Below are positions 1 through 8,836 of a DNA stretch of 64,000 bases, one piece after another. The translations under genes were made by a program, and so were the position numbers. Within the stretch, counting starts at the first letter, position 1. The number at the start of each line of letters is the position of its first letter. This DNA comes from Candidatus Aenigmatarchaeota archaeon (GTDB lineage Archaea > Aenigmatarchaeota > Aenigmatarchaeia > QMZP01 > QMZT01). The notes under the pieces are model-generated. The model had not been told where the DNA came from and did not search any database. It saw nothing but the letters and a program-made list of their open reading frames with translations. The DNA is taken from contig CAVSBQ010000002.1 in the NCBI GenBank assembly GCA_963726265.1, positions 352,001 to 416,000 of the forward strand. The letters are read 5' to 3'.

Positions 1-543
1 CATGCCATATATGGTATCGATAAATCTGTTAAATACCCTGTGCATGTTTGTCGGATTATTGCCGATTAAGGGCAACGCCATTTCCCAGGTATCCTTAGCC
101 TTCATTATTCTTTTTTCATCAAAAATAAAACTAGCTTTATCATCCGTTTCTGGATTTTGCATCAGTAAACCATCGAAGTATGCAAGCCCTGATTTCTTTT
201 CGATTCTCTTCCCATGGACATAATCGAGAATTGTGGACGTTCTTTCATAAGGGCTCGTCACCATGTCCTCCTCAAGATCTGGATTTGTTCGTTGCATTAT
301 CCAGTCCATCTGATGCCACTCACCCGACGTGATAATCCTCTGCTTGGGGTTCATCGCTTTTGCCAAGTCTATATGCTTTTGCAGGCTTTTTTCTGGCATC
401 TTGTCAACGCACAAATAGCGCGGAGACTTGCGATAGCCGCGGGGAGTCCAGACATCAATCGGATCCTTAAAATAAACGAATTTCTGATCTCCAAGAGCAA
501 CAACTTCATTCTTCTCTAAACATTCAGCAGAGATAATAACCAC
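1..543 (-). CDS. Hypothetical protein, 3' end runs off the window
   Basis: Not in the ORF track. Manual minus-strand translation is open from GTG at 543 to base 1 (VVIISAECLEKNEVVALGDQKFVYFKDPIDVWTPRGY...); an in-frame TAA lies just upstream. No family recognised. Confidence 0.65.
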   Translation of the reverse strand, partial: MVIISAECLEKNEVVALGDQKFVYFKDPIDVWTPRGYRKSPRYLCVDKMPEKSLQKHIDLAKAMNPKQRIITSGEWHQMDWIMQRTNPDLEEDMVTSPYERTSTILDYVHGKRIEKKSGLAYFDGLLMQNPETDDKASFIFDEKRIMKAKDTWEMALPLIGNNPTNMHRVFNRFIDTIYGM

Positions 544-750
544 CGGTTAATAATTAATCTATGCATATTTAAGCTTGCTAAGCGGTAAGCGGACAGAGGA
601 TATTCCTACCATCGCACTTCGCACGTTTTCCGAATACAATTGATTTTCTGCCGACTCAAAATCCCGCTTACGCCGAATAAACTTTTTAAGTCTTATTGTC
701 CATTATATTTTAGCGACTGCTAAATGCTTTTAATCGCGGGAGGGGTTGAT

Positions 751-1101
751 ATGGTGCTGGACAGACTCAGAAAGACAATAGTCAGGGACATGCAGAACGA
801 CGACGTGCCCAAAGAGGAATTCGTCGAGGTCGGGGTTTCCGAGTCGAGGGTACCCGGCAGGATTGGGATATCGATAGAGAAGCTTGACGATTTCGCCGAC
901 ACGGACAGGGTCCTGAAAGCGGTGAGAGAGGGTTCGCTGGTTTTCCTGAAGATAAAGGCGCTGAAGGAAAAGGATCTGGGCGAGCTGAAGAGGGCGGTCG
1001 AAAAACTGAAGAAGACGGTTCTGGCGCAGAACGGCGAGATAATCGGCGTCGAGCAGGACTGGCTGATCCTCGCGCCCGAGCACGCAAGGGTCCTGAAGTA
1101 A
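751..1101 (+). CDS. sepF: Archaeal cell division protein SepF (DUF552-type)
   Basis: DDFADTDRVLKAVREGSLVFLKI...ELKRAVEKLK...GEIIGVEQDWLILAP matches the SepF core. GGAGG precedes the ATG at 751. Confidence 0.8.
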   Translation: MVLDRLRKTIVRDMQNDDVPKEEFVEVGVSESRVPGRIGISIEKLDDFADTDRVLKAVREGSLVFLKIKALKEKDLGELKRAVEKLKKTVLAQNGEIIGVEQDWLILAPEHARVLK

Positions 1102-1157
1102 GGAATTCCCAGTTCCTTTTTGATTTTCTATAATATTTTTAGCGTGAGTGTTAGAGT

Positions 1158-2090
1158 ATGTACGACATCGTGATAATAGGCGGCGGCCCGGCCGGCCTCA
1201 CGGCCGCGACGAACACTGCCAACCGCGGCCTGAAGACCCTCCTGATCGAGCAGTACGAAAAACCGGGGGGACAGCCGCTGATTTTCTACCCGGACAAGAT
1301 CATCAAAGACCATCCCGGCTTTCCTGTCGGTGTTCTGGGCAGGGAGTTCGCGCGCCTTCTGGAAATGCAGGCGATCAATGCAGGCGCCGAAATCCACTGC
1401 AACGAGGAAGCGCTTAAAATCAAGAGGAAGGAAGGCCGCCTTGAGCTCAGGACAAACAACGCGGTTTACCAGACTAAGCGCATCATCATATGCACCGGCC
1501 TCCTCAATGTCCCCAACAGGCTGTCCATCCTCTCCACCTACAAGGGCGAGGGGGTTTTCTACAAGATCGGCAGGCTGGAGCAGTTCAGGGGAAAAAAGGT
1601 CATTGTCGTGGGCGGAGGGGACAGCGCGTTCGACATTGCGCTGCAGCTGAAGGAGGTCGCAGGCAACGTCAGTATCATTGTCAAGCACGAATATGCGAGA
1701 GCGAAGGACAAATCGGTAAACGAGGCGGCAGAGAAGGGCATAACCATACACTACAATTCCGAACTGACAGGCATCGCCGGCCCGCAGAAAGTCAGCAAGG
1801 CCAATATCATGAACACAAAGTCGAAAAAAATCGCTGAAGTCGAAGCTGACGCCATCTTTTCCGCGATAGGCTTCTCCACGGTCAACAAGTTCCTGCAGGA
1901 CAACGGCATCGCCCAGCATGAGAATGGAAGCATAAAAACCTCGCACAATTACGAAACTTCCATACCAGGAGTATTCGCGGCGGGTGACGTGAACGGCGAA
2001 GTCAAGGTGATAGCCGTCGCATGCGCGAGAGGCATAGAAGCGGCGGTCCACACTTTCTCGTCAATCAAGAAACCCTACTGGCTCAAATAA
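1158..2090 (+). CDS. TrxB-family FAD/NADP oxidoreductase, probably ferredoxin-NADP+ reductase type
   Basis: GGGPAG, GGGDSA and TSIPGVFAAGD motifs. No CxxC (GVFYKI in its place). GGQPLIFYPDKIIKDHPGFP resembles the YumC-type FNR segment. Confidence 0.75.
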   Translation: MYDIVIIGGGPAGLTAATNTANRGLKTLLIEQYEKPGGQPLIFYPDKIIKDHPGFPVGVLGREFARLLEMQAINAGAEIHCNEEALKIKRKEGRLELRTNNAVYQTKRIIICTGLLNVPNRLSILSTYKGEGVFYKIGRLEQFRGKKVIVVGGGDSAFDIALQLKEVAGNVSIIVKHEYARAKDKSVNEAAEKGITIHYNSELTGIAGPQKVSKANIMNTKSKKIAEVEADAIFSAIGFSTVNKFLQDNGIAQHENGSIKTSHNYETSIPGVFAAGDVNGEVKVIAVACARGIEAAVHTFSSIKKPYWLK

Positions 2091-2136
2091 TCAAATTGGT
2101 TGATGACACCGAACACAAAGGGCCACGAAATAAGTT

Positions 2137-4020
2137 TTACTTCAGCCTGATTACTTCCAGGTCCTTGGGAGCGAGCGTTTCGACCTTGTTGAACTTGTGC
2201 AGGTCGCGCGCCAGCTCCATGGTCGAGTAGCCGTCGCCGTGGTTGCAGATTATCCTGTCCGGCCTGCTCGAAAGGCGGTGGACGAAGCTCGTGAGCTGCT
2301 TCCTGTCCGAGTGGCCTGACAGCCCTTCGATGGTGTCGACGTTCATCTCCATGGTTATGGTCCTCGTCTTACCGCCCTCGGTCGCGATGGGAACTTCCCT
2401 CCAGCCCTTCTGTATCCTGCGGCCAGGCGAGCCCTCGGCCTGGTAGCCGACGAAAAGCAGCGTGTTCTTTTTATCGGCAGCGAAGGCCTTGAGATATTCC
2501 AGCGCCGGCCCGCCGACGAGCATGCCCGACGTCGCGACCACGACCGCGGGCTCGCTGGAGCCGATGACCTCGGCCCTTTCCTTCGCGATATTGACCCTCT
2601 TGAACATGTCCGCGATGAACGGGTTGCTGCCCTGGTGGAAAATCTGGCGCTGAAGATAGCGGGAAAGGTATTCGGGATACGCCGTATGGATTGCCGTCGC
2701 GTCCCACAGCATGCCGTCCATGTAGACGGGATAATTGAAATTGTTCGCGGCCAGGATGCACATTATCTCCTGAGCGCGGCCGACGGCGAACGACGGGATT
2801 AAAACCTTGCCTCCGCGCTCCATCGTCTCCCTTACCACGCGCATGAGCTTGTCTTCCGCATCTTTTCTCGGCGGTTTCAGATCGCTCGCTCCGCCATAAG
2901 TCGACTCGATTATGAGGGTCTCGACCCTTGCGAAGTTGGTGTAGGCCGGCTCGAAAAGCATCGAAGGCCCGAAAAGCAGGTCGCCCGTGTAAAGGATGTT
3001 GTGCAAGCCCTCGCCCACGTGCAGGTGGACCAGCGCAGAACCGAGCAGGTGGCCTGCAGGCTGGAGCGTAAGACGAATATCGGTCGTCATGTCCGAGACC
3101 TCTCCGTATTCAAGTGCGATGGTGTGCTTCACGGCCTTCTCGACCGATTTCTTGGTGTAGGGAACCTGCTTGCCCTCCCTGTGGGCTATGTCCACGTAAT
3201 CGAGGCACAGCAGGACCATCAAATCCCTGGTGGGCGCGGTGCAATATAATGGTCCGGTATAGCCGTTCTCGTAAAGCCAGGGCGCGTAGCCGCAGTGGTC
3301 CAGATGCGGATGCGAAATCACGACCGCGTCGAGCTTCTCTATGTTGAATTCCGGGACGCCGAAATACGGGAAGTTGTCTGAAGCCACATTGACTCCGCAG
3401 TCCAGCAGGACGTTCGACTCCGGGGTTTCGACAAGCATCGACGATCTTCCGACCTCGCGGAAGCCGCCCAGGCAGGCCAGCCTGACCCATCTGTCTGATA
3501 TCTCCTTCTTAGGCGCGTTTATCTTCTGGCCTATCGAGTTGAGGAACTTCTTGCGGTAGTCGATTTCAGTGTGAAGCAGATTGCGCACGGCGCGCACGAT
3601 AGCGCTTTCTATCGCCGGCGCTCTTTCGATTTTCGGAAGCCACAGCGTCTCGCTCTTTATCTTCCTGTAGGTCTCGCCGCCCTTGCCTATGACCATCCCC
3701 GGTTTCTGCGACTCAATCACGACCTTGCCCAGCTCGGGCTCGAAGTATATTTCGCGTATTCCGGCCTCCTCGGGCACGAGCTCCCTTATCTTCTTCTTGG
3801 TCTTCTCCATATCCATCGTTATCGAAAGATCCGGCCTCACCTCTATCCTTTTCTTGAGGTTCGAGACCATCTCCCTGACGACGCGGTCATGGTCGCGGAA
3901 GAATTCGGGGTTCTTGGTGTACAGCACAATTTCCGGCCCCTCGAACTTCACTTCCGTTATCTGCGCGTCCCTGGGCAGCGTCTTCTGCAGTTCCTTCAGA
4001 ATGTCGCTCATAAAACTCAC
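2137..4020 (-). CDS. Beta-CASP ribonuclease aCPSF1 (FttA) with N-terminal KH domains
   Basis: FEGPEIVLYTKNP, KPGMVIGKGG (KH), GGFREVGRS, HPHLDH, AGHLLGSA and LSGHSD motifs. Lies next to psmB, the conserved archaeal order. Confidence 0.95.
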   Translation of the reverse strand: MSFMSDILKELQKTLPRDAQITEVKFEGPEIVLYTKNPEFFRDHDRVVREMVSNLKKRIEVRPDLSITMDMEKTKKKIRELVPEEAGIREIYFEPELGKVVIESQKPGMVIGKGGETYRKIKSETLWLPKIERAPAIESAIVRAVRNLLHTEIDYRKKFLNSIGQKINAPKKEISDRWVRLACLGGFREVGRSSMLVETPESNVLLDCGVNVASDNFPYFGVPEFNIEKLDAVVISHPHLDHCGYAPWLYENGYTGPLYCTAPTRDLMVLLCLDYVDIAHREGKQVPYTKKSVEKAVKHTIALEYGEVSDMTTDIRLTLQPAGHLLGSALVHLHVGEGLHNILYTGDLLFGPSMLFEPAYTNFARVETLIIESTYGGASDLKPPRKDAEDKLMRVVRETMERGGKVLIPSFAVGRAQEIMCILAANNFNYPVYMDGMLWDATAIHTAYPEYLSRYLQRQIFHQGSNPFIADMFKRVNIAKERAEVIGSSEPAVVVATSGMLVGGPALEYLKAFAADKKNTLLFVGYQAEGSPGRRIQKGWREVPIATEGGKTRTITMEMNVDTIEGLSGHSDRKQLTSFVHRLSSRPDRIICNHGDGYSTMELARDLHKFNKVETLAPKDLEVIRLK

Positions 4021-4085
4021 GATTCAAAATTTGAATTGGCATTCAGCCATCAAAATAATCTGATATCACTTGTTTTGGTCCGGGC

Positions 4086-4727
4086 TTATTTCGCAAGGTT
4101 CTTTACCTCGTCATCCGATATTTCCGTCATGCCTCTGGATGAAATGACGAACATGTCTATGCCCGAGCCGCCGGATGCTATGTCCCTCTCTATCGCGGCC
4201 TTTATCGCGCGGGCGGCAAGCCTTTTCACGCTCTCGAGGTCCATGCCATCCTTGAACTTGTCCTCGAGAACGCCGAGCGCCATGACCGAACCGGAACCGG
4301 TAGAGAAATACTCTTTCTCCTCGATTACCGAGCCGGAAGGGTCGAACGAATACAGGCGCGGCTTCCCGTCGTAGCCGCCTATCAGCAGCTGGACATAATA
4401 AGGGTAATAGCTCCTAGCGTAAAGGATGTTCGCTACAAGCGTGGCCATCGCCTTTATCGACATGCGCTTCGACTCCTCGAGCTGGTAGAGCTGTATCTCC
4501 GCCTTTACGTATCTCTCGAGCGCCTGCGCGTCGCCGACGCTGCCCGCGATCGTCATCGCGGCATGCTCCTCGAGCTTCATTATCTTCTTCGTGTGCTTGC
4601 TGGCGACAAGGTAGCCCATCGTGGCTTTCCTCTCGGCTGCCAGCACGACGAAGTCCTTGCCCAAAATGCCGAGCGTCGTCGTCCCCGTTTTCAGATTCTC
4701 AAGCTTTCTTTCTGTCATTATTATCAC
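4086..4727 (-). CDS. psmB: Proteasome beta subunit
   Basis: Propeptide ending KTG followed by TTTLG (catalytic Thr); AGSVGDAQ, GSGS and RDIASG motifs. Confidence 0.95.
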   Translation of the reverse strand: MIIMTERKLENLKTGTTTLGILGKDFVVLAAERKATMGYLVASKHTKKIMKLEEHAAMTIAGSVGDAQALERYVKAEIQLYQLEESKRMSIKAMATLVANILYARSYYPYYVQLLIGGYDGKPRLYSFDPSGSVIEEKEYFSTGSGSVMALGVLEDKFKDGMDLESVKRLAARAIKAAIERDIASGGSGIDMFVISSRGMTEISDDEVKNLAK

Positions 4728-4845
4728 ACATCACTTATGCGCATTTTGCGCATTCCAATCTTGCATGCATATACGCAACAAAGAAATCCGTGCACCCAGA
4801 ATATTGATATTGTATTGGGACGGGTATTTAAATATATTTATGGAA

Positions 4846-5006
4846 TGCCCCGGCCGGGATGTTCAGACCGAAAGCCTGCATGCGCAGGCAAAACTCATTT
4901 TGAAGTGCTGTCGGTCATTTGAACCCGGGTCATCGGATCGAGAGTCCGATATCCTCACGGCTTCCCGAATCCTGTTCGGGAATTGACCGGTCTAGACTAC
5001 CGGGGC
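4846..5006 (-). tRNA. tRNA-Glu(CTC) with two non-canonical introns: D-loop 4983-4956 (28 nt) and T-loop 59/60 4917-4860 (58 nt)
   Basis: Spliced sequence GCCCCGGTAGTCTAGACCGGTCA|AGGATATCGGACTCTCGATCCGATGACCCGGGTTCAAA|TCCCGGCCGGGGCA folds into a full cloverleaf. Both junctions form bulge-helix-bulge motifs. Confidence 0.9.
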
Positions 5007-5148
5007 AAGGTAATTGTATTATGCCGTGTTTTGGTGTGCTCGGCGTATTTTAACCTTTTAAAGCATTTATATATAAATAGCAGATAGTTCAAATAATTTA
5101 TTGCGCTCATCTCTCATTGTGTCATGCTGTCTGCGCGCGGGTGATTTT

Positions 5149-5952
5149 ATGACCACGATAAAGGTTATCCAGAAGATACCGAAGCTCAGGAATGCCATCA
5201 TGATAGAAGGCCTTCCCGGCGTTGGCAACATAGGACGCGTCGCGGCCGGCTACCTGGCCGAGGAAATGAAGGCGAAGAAGTTCGCGGAGCTCTATTCCGA
5301 ATGGTTCTTCCCTTTCGTCATGCTTCACAAGAAATACAAGATACACCTGCTCAAGAACGAGTTCTTTTATTATAAAGCGAAAGGCAAAGGCCAGAGAGAC
5401 CTGATCATCCTCCTGGGCGACTGTCAGTCGCTATCGCCGCAGGGCCACTACGAGGTCTCGGAGAAGATACTCGACTTCGTCGAAAAGCTCGGCGTGACCG
5501 AGATAATAACCATAGGAGGCCTCGCCACGGGCGAGCTGAACGGCTCGGCAAAGGTCATAGGCGCTGTCACGGACGAGAAGATGATGGAAAAATACAAGAA
5601 ATACGGCATAAACTTCGACGCGGGCGAAAAGGTCGGCTATATCGTGGGAGCGGTAGGCCTGCTGCTCGGCCTCTGGAAGCAGAGGGACAGGGACGGCGTA
5701 TGCCTGCTCGGCCAGACCACAGGCTTCCCGATAGTCACGGACCCGAAGGCGGCGGAAAGCGTTCTCGGCGTCCTTACCAAGATACTCGGCCTGAAGATAG
5801 ACATGAAGAAGCTAGACAAGAAGGTCAAGGAAATGGAAGGCTTCATCAAGAAGGTCGAGACGCTCCAGAAGCGCGCGCTCATGGAAATGTCCAGGGGCAG
5901 CGGCGAGGAAAGGGGGCAGAAAGGAGAGGAAACGACAAGGTATATAGGGTGA
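5149..5952 (+). CDS. Proteasome assembly chaperone (PAC2) family protein
   Basis: IEGLPGVGNIGR, GDCQ, ITIGG, IVGAVGLLLG and DPKAA motifs. Start moved to the ATG at 5149. Confidence 0.88.
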   Translation: MTTIKVIQKIPKLRNAIMIEGLPGVGNIGRVAAGYLAEEMKAKKFAELYSEWFFPFVMLHKKYKIHLLKNEFFYYKAKGKGQRDLIILLGDCQSLSPQGHYEVSEKILDFVEKLGVTEIITIGGLATGELNGSAKVIGAVTDEKMMEKYKKYGINFDAGEKVGYIVGAVGLLLGLWKQRDRDGVCLLGQTTGFPIVTDPKAAESVLGVLTKILGLKIDMKKLDKKVKEMEGFIKKVETLQKRALMEMSRGSGEERGQKGEETTRYIG

Positions 5953-5956
5953 TGAT

Positions 5957-6145
5957 ATGATAGCAGGATTTACGTACACGAGATACGAAAAGGCGAGGAT
6001 AATATCGACCCGCGCGCTCCAGATAGCGCAGGGGGCGCCCATTCTCATGAAGATACCCAAGGGCATGACGGACCCCAAGGAGATCGCGAAAATCGAGTGG
6101 AACGCGGGCGTGATACCCATAGACATAAAGGGCAAGAACGCGTAA
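5957..6145 (+). CDS. rpoK: RNA polymerase subunit K (Rpo6)
   Basis: YTRYEKARIISTRALQIAQGAP signature. Confidence 0.95.
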   Translation: MIAGFTYTRYEKARIISTRALQIAQGAPILMKIPKGMTDPKEIAKIEWNAGVIPIDIKGKNA

Positions 6146-6185
6146 GCTATTTTTTATAGCACATGCATGTTATGATTGATTGGGT

Positions 6186-6401
6186 TTAGGTCAATTGAGA
6201 AAACGGATCCGTGAGTTGGGTAACCGAGTAATCGAGCACTTTTGCTACATTCTTGGCATCAGCTAATTTTTGAGGAGATCCACTCACATAATAGCAATTA
6301 CTGCATACTTCAATTTCTAATCCTAGATTGCCTAATGCCGACATTAAAAATGGGTCTACTCTATCTCTATATCCGTTTTTTCTATCAATCTTCAACATCA
6401 T
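6186..6401 (-). CDS. Small hypothetical protein in an AT-rich patch
   Basis: 71-aa ORF filling the rpoK-eno gap on the opposite strand. No motif recognised. Confidence 0.4.
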   Translation of the reverse strand: MMLKIDRKNGYRDRVDPFLMSALGNLGLEIEVCSNCYYVSGSPQKLADAKNVAKVLDYSVTQLTDPFSQLT

Positions 6402-6497
6402 TATTCACGCTTGATAGTAATCATAGAAAGTTTTAAATTGTTGAAATGCTTTCCAGGTTTCAAAATCCTTTTTATTCTGGATGTGAAATTATTGATT

Positions 6498-7793
6498 ATG
6501 ATAAAGGATGCCAGGATTTATTCTGTCTACAATTCCAAGGGCGACCATGCCCTGAGGGTCAAAATCCAGACTGGCAACAGCAGCTTCTTCTCCGCCACCA
6601 TTCCGTCAGGGACTTCGAAGGGTAAAAACGAAGCGAGAGATTTCGGCATGAGGCAGATAACTGAAGTCTTCCCCAAGGTCAGGAAGAACATCATCGGCCT
6701 CGACGAAACGGACTGGGTTACGGCGGATGAAATAATCGAGCAGACCGACAACTCGAAGAACTATTCCAACATAGGCATTTCGCTCGCCCTCGGCCTGTCG
6801 ATCGCGATAGCGAAGGCGTCGACGAACGGCGAGCTGTGGAGGCTGCGCGGGGCGAGAGAGCGTTATCATTTCCCGTTCCCTGTCGGCAACCTCATAGGTG
6901 GCGGCTCGCACGGCGGCAATACGGCATGGCAGGAGTTTCTGGTAATCCCCGTAAAGGCGAAGACTCCGGCGGAAGCAGCAAACACGAACTACGAGATATG
7001 GAAAGTCGTCGGCGAGGAGCTGAACAAAAGGGGATGGCTCATATCGAGGAACATCGAGAACGCGTGGACCTCGAAGCTCGACGATTTGAAAACGCTCGAC
7101 TTGCTCTCGAGCATAGCCGAAGATTTCGGCGCAAGGCTGGGCATCGATTTCGCTGCCTCGTCGTTCTGGAACGGCAAGGAATACGTCTACAAGGCGCTGA
7201 AGAAGAAGCTGACACCGGACAAACAGATTGACGCGCTCATACGCACTGCGGAGGTTTATGATCTCTATTACCTGGAGGACCCGCTGCACGAAAACGACTT
7301 CGCCGGCTTCGCTGAGCTGGGCAAGACGCTGCACGGCCGGCTTATCATAGGCGACGACCTCTTCTGCACGAACGCCGAGAGGGTTGCAAGGGGCATCCAA
7401 ACGCGGTCGGCGAACGCAGCGATAATCAAGCCGAACCAGTACGGCACGCTCTACCAGGTGAGCAAGGTTGTCCGTCTTATGAAAAAGAATGGCATGGTTC
7501 CCATCGTCTCGCATCGCTCGGGCGAAACTGAGGACGACTGGCTCGCGGACCTCGCGCTCGCGTGGGATGCGCCTTTGATAAAGATAGGCAACCTAGGGCC
7601 CGACATCCCCAAGCACAACCGTCTCCTCGAACTATGGCAGGACATCTCCCAGAAGCAGATGGCAAAGCTGCCTCTGAGATATGAGCACGCATCCCTTGCA
7701 TCTTCAGAAGCGGAGGAAGTAACAGGAGCTTCCGAAGCAGACGAAACGGAAGAATACGAAGAGGTCAGAGAAGCGAAAAAAGAACGGAAATGA
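6498..7793 (+). CDS. eno: Enolase, divergent, with acidic C-terminal tail
   Basis: PSGTSKG, GGSH..QEF, EDP, GDD, IKPNQYGT and SHRSGETEDD motifs. Follows rpoK as in many archaea. Confidence 0.88.
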   Translation: MIKDARIYSVYNSKGDHALRVKIQTGNSSFFSATIPSGTSKGKNEARDFGMRQITEVFPKVRKNIIGLDETDWVTADEIIEQTDNSKNYSNIGISLALGLSIAIAKASTNGELWRLRGARERYHFPFPVGNLIGGGSHGGNTAWQEFLVIPVKAKTPAEAANTNYEIWKVVGEELNKRGWLISRNIENAWTSKLDDLKTLDLLSSIAEDFGARLGIDFAASSFWNGKEYVYKALKKKLTPDKQIDALIRTAEVYDLYYLEDPLHENDFAGFAELGKTLHGRLIIGDDLFCTNAERVARGIQTRSANAAIIKPNQYGTLYQVSKVVRLMKKNGMVPIVSHRSGETEDDWLADLALAWDAPLIKIGNLGPDIPKHNRLLELWQDISQKQMAKLPLRYEHASLASSEAEEVTGASEADETEEYEEVREAKKERK

Positions 7794-7810
7794 GCAGCTG
7801 CTTCATGAAT

Positions 7811-8818
7811 TCATAATATTTTCTGGCTGATGTCGAGCGCTTTGGTCGAGTGCGTTATCGCCCCGAGCGAGCACGCGTCCACCCCCGCCTTCGCGTATTC
7901 AACCACGTTCTTCTCATCCACGTTGCCCGAAGCCTCGAGCAGAACGTAATCGTAAAGCTTCCTTCTCCTGAGCTCAAGGACGGTTTTCCTTACATCCGCC
8001 GGCGGCATGTTGTCCAGCATGATTATGCATGCCTTTATTTCTTTGTCATTGTCCTGCAGCTTCCTGAATTTCCTCGCCGCGCGCATCGCCTCGCTGCGGC
8101 TCCTCGTCTCGATCTCTATGAACACCGAACGCCTGCGAAGCTCCCATGCCTTTTCCAGCGCGAACTCGACGGGGTTTTTCACGCCCTGCTTCCTGAGCGA
8201 ATCAATATGGTTGTCCTTTATCAGGAACGATTCGAACAGGCCGAGCCTGTGCGAGTAGCCTGAGCCGAGGGTTATGGCCTTCTTGTCCAGAAGGCCCCAG
8301 GGCGTTTTTCTTGTCCCTGTTATCACAACACCATGGCCCGCCCTCCTGACCTTGCCGGCAAGCCTGCTGGTCGCGGTTGCTATGCCGCTCATGCGCTGGA
8401 GCAGGTTGAGCCCTGTCCTTTCTATCAGAAACACGCTCCTTTTCGGGCCATTGAGCTCGAAGAGTTTGTCGCCCTTCCTGAATTTCTCTCCGTCGTTTTT
8501 GATGCGGCTGACTGCGACGCCGTTCTGGCCGCAGAGCCATGCGAATTCGTCTCCGCCGGCGAGAATCCCGTCGTCTTTCGCGATTATAGCCGCCTTTATC
8601 TTCTCGTCGGAAAGCAGCGTGTTAGTCGTCACGTCGCCTGCGCCGGCGTCTTCCCTGAGCAGGCCTCCGACAAGCGTCTCGACCATCTTCAGGTATTCGG
8701 GATTCCTGAGCACCAGATAGAACGAGCGGTCATAAGCCAGTTTTATGAGCCTCGGCCGACTCTTCGAGCGGTGCGCCGGCTGCAGGGGGCTTTCGGAATG
8801 CATGCCTTTCGGATTCAT
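7811..8818 (-). CDS. nadC: Nicotinate-nucleotide pyrophosphorylase (quinolinate phosphoribosyltransferase)
   Basis: EDAGAGDVTT, ERTGLNLLQRMSGIATAT, TRKT, HRLGL..LIKDNH, IMLDN and EASG motifs. True start uncertain. Confidence 0.9.
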   Translation of the reverse strand: MNPKGMHSESPLQPAHRSKSRPRLIKLAYDRSFYLVLRNPEYLKMVETLVGGLLREDAGAGDVTTNTLLSDEKIKAAIIAKDDGILAGGDEFAWLCGQNGVAVSRIKNDGEKFRKGDKLFELNGPKRSVFLIERTGLNLLQRMSGIATATSRLAGKVRRAGHGVVITGTRKTPWGLLDKKAITLGSGYSHRLGLFESFLIKDNHIDSLRKQGVKNPVEFALEKAWELRRRSVFIEIETRSRSEAMRAARKFRKLQDNDKEIKACIIMLDNMPPADVRKTVLELRRRKLYDYVLLEASGNVDEKNVVEYAKAGVDACSLGAITHSTKALDISQKIL

Positions 8819-8836
8819 AAAACTAAATTGGGGCTG

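Noticed and set aside
1158..2090. Thioredoxin reductase (trxB)
   Set aside because: The redox-active CxxC is absent.
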